64,000 bases of DNA from the human T2T-CHM13v2.0 reference genome, Homo sapiens. The notes below the pieces were generated by a model. That model worked only from the letters and a program-made list of their open reading frames with translations, did not search any database and had not been told where the DNA came from. The position numbers were made by a program, and so were the translations under genes. The stretch lies in assembly GCF_009914755.1 (NCBI RefSeq), contig NC_060941.1; one strand, 5' to 3'. Positions 55,433 to 64,000 of the stretch are shown in pieces. How positions within the stretch are numbered: position 1 is the first letter of the stretch; the number at the start of each line of letters is the position of its first letter.

Positions 55433-57417
55433 GATTGTTTCGATATCTGGTAGTTCTGATTTGTGTTTCTCTGGTGACTATTGATGTTGAGCATTTATAT
55501 GTTTACAACTTTTTTAGACAAATGTCTATTCAAGTCCTTTATGTGTTTTTTAATCAGGTTGTTTGTTTTTGTTTTGTTTAATTTTGTATTGACTTGTAGG
55601 AGTTTTTTAATAATATTCTTGCTATTAACCTTTTATTAGATATATGATTAGCAAATATTTTCTTGCATTCTATAGATTGCCTATATATTCTGTTGATTGT
55701 GTTTAAGCTTTCTTTTTAAGTTTGATGTAGTCCCATTTGTCTATTTTTTTATTTTGTTTCCTGTGCTATTGGTGTCATATCCAAGAATTGATTGCCAAGT
55801 ATAGTGTCATGATTTTACCCTGGTTTCTTCTAGGAATTTTATAATTTTAAGGTTTCCATTTAGGTATTTAACCCATTATTTTGACTTAATTTTTGTAAAT
55901 GGTATGAGATAGTGGGCCAATTTGATTGTTTTGCAGGTGGATCTCTACTTTCCTTAATACTACTTGTTAAAGAGACTGCCTTTTCTCCATTGAGTGGTCT
56001 TGGAACTGTTGTTGAATTTAGCCATATACACAAGGGGTTACTTCTGTGCTTTCTATTCTATTCCACTGGTCTATTTGTCTGATTTTATGTCAGTATATCA
56101 CACTGTTTTAATTACTATAGCTTTGTAATCTGCTTTGAAATCAAGAAATGTAAGTGATCCACCTCTGTCCTTTTTAAAAATTATTTTGGCTACTTTGGGT
56201 TTCTTGACATTATCTATATTTCTAGGATGAACTTTCTATTTTTGTAAAAAATGCCATTGGGCATTTTGATAGAGATTGCAGTGAATTTGTAGATTGCTTT
56301 GGCTACTATGGAATAATATATAACCAGCTGTTGTTTCATGGAGTGGTCTAATTTACCTATAGCACTTTTAAGTCCTATATTTCTTTATTATATTCTGCCT
56401 AGTTCTATCCACTATGAAAAGTGAGATATTGAAGTTTCCTACTATTTTTGTGTTACTATATATTTCTTTCTTTGATTCTGTCAAGGTTTGCTTCATATAT
56501 TTAAGAGTTCTATGATTTGGCAAATAAAAATTTATAACTGTTATGTCTTCTTGGTGAATGGACCCTGTAATTATTATCTAATGCCCCCTTTGTCTATTCA
56601 GCCTTTAAAAAAATTAGCCTATTTTTAATATTAGTATAGCCAGTCCTGCTCTTTTGATTACCATTTGCATGAAATATATCTTTTCTCATCCTTTCAGCTT
56701 CAGCCTATGTATGTCTCCAGATATAAAGTATGTCTCTTATATATATCATATAGGTGAATTATATATTTTTAATCCATTCAGCCAATCTGTCTGTTTCATT
56801 GTGGAGTTTAATCCGTTTATATTTAAAATAATTATTGATAGTGAAGATTTATTATTACCATTTTATTTATTGTTTTCTATACATCTTGTAGCTTTTTTGT
56901 CCCTCTTTCCTTTCTTGTTTCCTGACTTTGTGTTTTGTTGATTTTTTGTAGCCATATGTTCGATTCTCTTATTCCCTTTTCTGTATATTCTATAAATTGT
57001 GTATGTGCATGATTACCATTGCAATTACATAACGCATCTTAAAATACAAAATTCTGTTTTAATCTAATAACAGATTAATTTAAATCACATAAAAATCTCC
57101 ACCCCACACTCTTTATGTTATCGATGTTAAATTTTTATCTTTATATACTGTATACTTATTAACATTAATTTGTAATTTAATGGTTTTTGTCATTTAAATT
57201 CTATGTACCAAACTTACTGTAGTACAAGTTAGTACATTTGTCCATGTTTTTACCTTTGCCAGAAAACTATATTTTTTGTAAAGCTGCAAGTTTCTAGCTA
57301 CCAAATTTTCATCTCAAATTGAAGGACCAACTTTAGCGTTTCTTGTAAAGTGAGACTAGTGGTAATGACCTCCATCTGCATCTGCTTTTGTTTATCCAAA
57401 ACAGTCTTAATTTCTCT

Positions 57418-58010
<593 letters not shown>

Positions 58011-58499
58011 GCTTTGCTTTTAAAGACAGTTTTGCCACATGTAGCATTATTCCTTCCCTATTCTTTTTTCTTTCAGCACTTTAAAAATATCATCCCACTC
58101 CCATGTGACCTACAAAGTTTTGCTGAAAAATCTGCCGATAATCTTATAGAAACTGCCTTTTGTGTGATGAATCACCTTTCTTTTGCTGCTTTCAAGACTC
58201 TGTTTTTGTCTTTGATTTAGGCAGTTTGATTATAATGTGTTGCAGTATGGTACTCTTTGGATTTAGTCTAGTTATAGTGAGGTTCTTGAAACTTATGTTC
58301 TAGTTTTTTCCTCACTTCCTCAGATTTAGGAGATCTTCTGCCATTATTTCTACAAATGAACTCTCTGCCCTTTTTTTTTTTTTTCTCCTTTCTCTTTCTG
58401 GGACTCCCACATTGGTTTGCTTGATAGTGTTTGATAAGTATTATGGCTTCATAAGTACCTAAGGTTCACTGCACTTTTCTTTAGTTTAGTTTTCTTTTG

Positions 58500-59337
58500 T
58501 TTCTAACAAGAGCTGAATCAAACAGACTTTGTTCAACATTTTAGGATGAGGAAAAAATGATATAAAATAAGTCATAAGAAATACTTTCTTATACTCACAC
58601 CATTTTCAATGTTTTGCAAAATGCTCCATAGCAAATGTGAAAAGCTTCAACACACTCTTATAACTTCTGCTGCAATAAATGCAACATTAAGCAAACACAC
58701 AAATTTCTTCTGTACCAACCTTAAAATTTGAATTACTGAATTGCTAATTGTTATGGTGTCACTCATACATACTTTCATTCATACACTTTAATGAGATCAT
58801 TGTCTGTCATGTAGTTATCAAAAATTTTACAATATATTGCACAGGTTTATAGTACAATTTAGAATCTAGCTCCTTACTATCAGCCACTTTTCTGATTGCT
58901 TTCATGGTCTTCCTTTACTACAAAATTATGATCAGCACAAATTGCAAACATATCTGCTTCAGTACAAACATTTCTCAGGGTCTGCTTCATTAAAGCCATC
59001 TGAAAACATCACAAAATTGCTTTACAATCGATTTCACCATGGTTTGAAATGGGATCCACATGGACTTTCAATATGCCTAAATTTGCTTGTTCATTTGGCA
59101 AATCAGTATGTACTTTTCTATCTAATCTTCTTGGATGCAGCAAAGCAGGATCTAGGAAATCTGGTTGACTTATAGCCATGGTTGTTTTAACTCTATGCAG
59201 AGTATCCAATCCATCCATTTGATTCAGTAACTCCATTAAAGTTCTCTGAATCTCTCTGTCAGGTGAATTACTCTCAGAAAACCGATAGCTACCAACAACA
59301 CCTATTTCACCTGTAAAAAATGATGCATGAATATGAT
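58500..59337 (-). pseudogene. PSMC6: Processed pseudogene of PSMC6 (26S proteasome AAA-ATPase Rpt4), 3' half plus 3'UTR
   Basis: Intronless; [56 protein letters not shown] matches PSMC6; ends ..SKLYYKPV at approx. 58840; approx. 340-nt 3'UTR and degenerate tail at 58.49-58.5 kb; stops and frameshifts. Confidence 0.95.
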
Positions 59338-62300
59338 TTTTTGAAGGTGAGATGTTTCTAACTGTGTGGCATTATTTCCAGGCTCTGTCTTCTGTTCCAT
59401 TGGTCTATGCATTTGCTTTTGGACAGTAGCATGCTGTTTTTGTTACTGTAGCCTTGATCATAGTTTGAAATTGGGTAATGTGATGCCTCCAGCTTTGTTC
59501 TTTTTGCTTAGGATTGCCTTGGCTATTTGAGCTCTTTTTGGTCACATGTGAATTTTAAAATAGCTTTTTTATAATCATGTGAAGGATGCCACTGCTAGTT
59601 TGATAGGAATATCATTGAATCTGTAAATTGCTTTGGGCAGTATGACCATTTTGACAACATAAATTCTCCCTATCCATGTGCATGAAATTTTTTTGTGTGT
59701 CTTTTGTGTGTCATCTATGATTTCTTTGGGTAGTGTTTTACAACTATCATTGTAGAGGTCTTTCACTTCATTGGTTAAGCTCTATTCCTAGGTGTCTTAT
59801 TCTATTTGTGGCTATTGTAAATGGGATTGTGTTTTTGATTTGGTACTCAGCTTCAATGTTGTTGCTGTATAGGAATCCTACTGATTTTCATACGTTGCTG
59901 TTGTATCCTGAAACTTTGCTAAAGTTATATATCAGACCAAGGAGCTTTTGGGCAGAAACTGTGGGGCTCTCTACACATACAATCATATCATCTGTGGACA
60001 GGAATAGTTTGACTTCTTCTCTTTTTATTTAGATGCCTTTAATGTCTTTCTCTTTTGTGATTGCTCTGGGTACGACGTCCACTACTATGTTGAAAAAGAC
60101 TGGTGAAAGAGGGCATACTTGTCTTGTGCCAGTTTTCAAGAGGGAATGCTTCCAGCCTTTGCTCATTCAGTATGCTATTGTCTGTGGGTTTTTCATACAT
60201 GGCTCTTATTAGTTTGAAGTACATTTATTCAATGCCTAGTTTATTGAGGCTTTTTAATATGAAGGAATATTGAATTTTATCAAAAGCCTTTTCTGTATCT
60301 ATTGAGATGATCATGTGGTTTCTGATTTAATTTTATGTGGTGAATAAAATTTACTGATTTATGTATGTTGAACCAATCTTGCATCCCAGGAATAAAGCCT
60401 ACTTGATCATGGGGAATTAGCCTTTTTATGTGCTGCTGGATTCTGTTAGTATTCTGTTGAGGATTTTTACATCTGTGTTCATCAAGGATATTGTCTTGAA
60501 TTTTTTTGTTATTGTTGTTGTTTCTGCCAAATTTTGTTATTAGGAAAATGCTGGCCTCATAGAATGAATTAGAAAAGAGTCCTTCTTCCTCAATATTTTT
60601 GGAATCACTTCATTAAAAATGGTACCAGCTTTTTCTTATATATCTGGTAGAATTGGTCTGAGAATCTATCTGGTCTTGGACTTTTTCTTGTTGGTAGGCA
60701 TTTTATTATTAATTCAATTTTGGAACACATTAATCTGTTCAGTGTTTGAATGTTTTCCTGATTCAGTCTTGGGAGGTTGTATGTATTTATCTCTAAGAAC
60801 ATATTTATTCATTCTAGGTTTGCTGGTTTGTGTGGACAGGGTGTTCATAATAGTCCCTGAGGGTTTTTTGTATTTCTGTAGTGTTGGTGGTAATATCTCC
60901 TTTTTCATTTATAATTGTATTTATTAGGTTCATCTCTTTTTTTCTTTATTAGTGTAGTTAGTGGTCTACCTATCTTATTAATTCTTTCAAGAACCAGCTC
61001 CTGAATTCATTTGTCTTTTTTCTTCTTTTGTATCTCAATTTCCTTCAATTCAGCTCTGATATTTGTTATTTCTTGTCTTCTGCTAGCTTTGGGGTTAGTT
61101 TGCTCTTGTTTCTCTAGTTCCTCTAGAGGCGATGTTAGGTTAATTTGAGATGTTTCTAAGTTTTTGATGTAAACGTTTAGTGCCATAAACTTCCCTCTAA
61201 ATACTGCTTTTGCTGTGTTCCAGAGATTCTTGTATGTTGTATCTTTTTTCTCATTAGTTTCAAAGAATTTCTTAATTTCTGCCTTAATTTCATTATTTCC
61301 CCACAAATAACTTAGCAGCAGGTTGTTTAGTTTTCATTTAATTATATGATTTTGAGTGACTTTGTTAGCAATGATTTCTGTTTTTATTGCACTGTAGTCC
61401 AAGAATGTGGTTGATATTATTTCATTATTTTTGTTTTAGTTTTTGATAAGGGTTGTTTCATGCCCAGTTGTGTGGTCTACTTTACAGTATGTGCCATGTG
61501 GCAATGAGAAAAATATATATTCTGTTGGTTTTGTGTGCAGAGTTCTGTAAATGTCTATTAGGTTCATTTCTTTAAGTTGTAAGATCCAAAATAATGTTGT
61601 TCATTTTCTTTCTTGAAATGAACAACATTTCAAGGAACATATTACTGTCAGTGGGATGTCAATGCAGATAATTGAAACTAGACCCTTTCCTTATACCATA
61701 TACAAAAATTAACTCAAAAATAGATTAAAGATTTAAATCTAAAACTAAAAACTATATAAACAATGAAAGAAAACCTAGGAAATACCATTTTGGACATAGG
61801 AGCTTGCAAAGACTTTATGACATAGATGCCAAAAGCAATTAAAACAACAACAAAAAAAGTGACAAATAGGACCTAACAAAACTAAAGAGCTTCTGCACAG
61901 CAAAATAAATTATCAAAAAACTAAACAGACAACCTTCAGAATGGGAGAAAATATTTGCAAAATATGTATCTGACAAAAGTCTAATATCCAGGATCTATAA
62001 AGAACATAAACAAATTTACAAGCAAAAAACAAACAACCCCATTAAAAAGTTGTCAAAGAACATGAACAGGCATTTTTCAAAAGACATGCACACAGCGAGC
62101 AAGCATACAAAAAAAGTTCAACATCACTAATCATTAGAGAAATGCAAATTAAAACAACAATGAGATACCATCTCACATTAGTCAGAATGCCTATTATTAG
62201 AAAGTCAAAAAATAACAGATGCTGGTGAGATTGTGGAGAAAAGGAAATGCTTATCCACTGCTAGTGGGGAAGTAAATTAGTTCAGCCATTGTGGAAAGCA

Positions 62301-62353
62301 ATTTTGTGATTTCTCAAAGAACTTAGAAAGAATTGCCATTTGATCCAACAATT
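59338..62353 (+). mobile_element. Primate L1 (L1PA13-16/L1PB-like) with twin-priming 5' inversion (antisense 59338-61661, sense 61662-62353), 3' end lost
   Basis: Minus-strand ORF2 ORFs 59575-61306; plus-strand ORF2 continuation atgcagataattgaaactagaccctttcc from 61662, ending at ccatttgatccaacaat with no 3'UTR or poly-A. Confidence 0.88.
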
Positions 62354-62480
62354 TTATTAATCATTACTCAATTTCATTATTAAGTATTGATCAAGAAGAC
62401 TTCATGAGGCAAAATAAGGAACTGTCAAACATAAAGACAGGTAATTTGAAATCACTAAGTCAGAGGAGCTAAAAAAAACT

Positions 62481-62595
62481 GTGAGGTTTCTCATCATGGT
62501 ACTCCCTAGAGGTAAGCTGCTTCAGGACTACCACAGGAAGCTAAAAGAGCATAAGGAAATTGATGGCCATCTTAAGGAGTTAAAGGAACAACTAA
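62481..62595 (+). pseudogene. PSMC6: PSMC6 processed pseudogene 5' end (inverted relative to the 3' half)
   Basis: ttctcatcATGG (ATG 62496); [33 protein letters not shown] vs PSMC6 [33 protein letters not shown]. Confidence 0.92.
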
Positions 62596-62608
62596 CTCTA
62601 GAACTTCT

Positions 62609-62921
62609 TCTTCTTTTTCTTTCTTTTTTTTTTTTTTTGAGACAGAGTCTCACTCTGTCGCCCAAGGTGGAGTGCAATGGTGCAATCTTGGCTCACTGTA
62701 ACTTCTGCCTCCCAGGTTCAAGGAATTCTCCTGGCCTCAGCCTCCCGAGTAGCTGGAATTACAGGTGCACACCACCATGTCTGGCTAACTTTTTGATTTT
62801 TAGTAGAGACAGGGTTTCACCATGTTGGCCAGGCTGGTCTTGAACTCCTAACCTCAGATGAACCATCCGCCTTGGCCCCCCAAAGTGCTGGGATTACAGG
62901 TGTGGGCCACCACGCCCAGCC
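62609..62921 (-). mobile_element. AluS (Sx/Sz-like)
   Basis: Full Alu; perfect 15-bp TSD AACTCTAGAACTTCT at 62594-62608 and 62922-62936. Confidence 0.97.
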
Positions 62922-63599
62922 AACTCTAGAACTTCTGATTGAATCTTTCTTTATAGGTTCTATACTATCATTTTGTTCAATAATCATTTTTCTGTTTTTT
63001 ATTCAGTTGACCATTTGTATTTTTTCAGCTCCTTAAGCATTCTTGTGGATATTATTTTAAATTCTTTATTACTCAGCTCATAGATCTATGCTTCTTTAGA
63101 GTTTTTTTTTTCTGGAGTTTTATTTTGCTTTTTTAATTTGGCCATGTTGTTTTCTGTTTCTTTGTGGGTTTTATAATTTTTACTAGGATTTGAGCATTTG
63201 CAAAACAAAACTACCTCTTCCTGTCTTTACATACTGAATTTGTTCAGGTAAGGACTCTCATCACTCAGGCTGATTGTAGGATGTTCTTTTTTTTTTTTTT
63301 CTGAAAAAACATTTTTTCTAATCTCTTGCTCTCCTTGGCATCTTCCCATAGAACTGGGGCTCTAATATACTTCTCACTTCTTTCTTAACGACTTCCAAAC
63401 TCTGCCACCAGTCCTGTCAGCCCTCTAACTCTATTGAGGCAGAAAACAGTTTCTCATGCAGGCTCAAGACAAACTAGGAAGTTTAACACATGCTCAACTC
63501 TTTTATTTCTGTCCTAAGGGAGAAGCTCTGGTATGGTGTGGTTTCCTCCTGTTTGCTCTGTATTGTGCTACATAGGGAGAAGAGCACAAATAGTCATGC

Positions 63600-64000
63600 T
63601 GTTATGAGATCTTTGGGGTGTCAATTTTTCTGGCCAGAAACCTCGGTGGCCATGGCACCTTTGCCAGAGTTCTTGTCCTGCGTTCAAGATGAATCAGGTA
63701 TGCAGGCAAGTGAAAGGTGAGTAAGAAGAGTTTTATTTAGTGTTAGAACAGCTCAGAGAAGTGATTAACTCCTCTCTATTGGCAGGTCATCCCTATCCAG
63801 TGTTCAGCTCTAAGCAAAGAGGAGGACTTGGAGAGGGTAACTCCTCTCTGCAGGCAAGTCATTGGGATGTCTGCACAGGTCTCTGAAGCTTTCAGCAGAG
63901 GGGGTAACTCCTCCCTGCTGGCATGTCCTCTTTGCAGCTCCCAGTGGAGAGGGTACTCCTCTCTGCAGCTTGTCATCCAGTGTCTCTACCCTCTTCCTTC
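63600..64000 (-). mobile_element. MER52-family LTR 3' end (runs off the window)
   Basis: TGTTATGAGATCTTTGGGGTGTC...ggccagaaacctc...gagttcttgtcctgcg; repeated ggagagggtaactcctctctgcag units typical of MER52. Confidence 0.8.

Overview
AT-rich, CpG-poor primate genomic DNA (AluY present, most likely human), gene-poor and dominated by transposable-element fossils. I find no intact protein-coding gene, RNA gene or CRISPR-like array; almost all ORF-track entries are spurious or TE-derived. Main content: a doubly truncated ERV1 provirus (HUERS-P3/MER61-like; gag, RNase H, integrase and env remnants, 6.05-10.78 kb), a full-length L1MA1/2-type LINE with TSD (17.85-26.08 kb), an internally deleted Tigger4, an MLT1 LTR plus internal region, a complete THE1 element, solo LTRs (MER21, MER61, MER50, MER52), 12 Alus and MIR/L2/MER relics. 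There is also a processed PSMC6 (proteasome ATPase Rpt4) pseudogene, split into two opposite-strand pieces by a twin-primed L1 and a later deletion/inversion. The most notable signals are rearrangement scars: the PSMC6 inversion with an Alu TSD on its breakpoint, a 26-bp inverted templated insertion, and an old L1 with a 5' inversion plus candidate 3' transduction. A triple AP-1 microrepeat is also notable. Repeat family names come from recalled consensus sequences and need RepeatMasker/Dfam confirmation. I cannot support a claim of a new biological system here.
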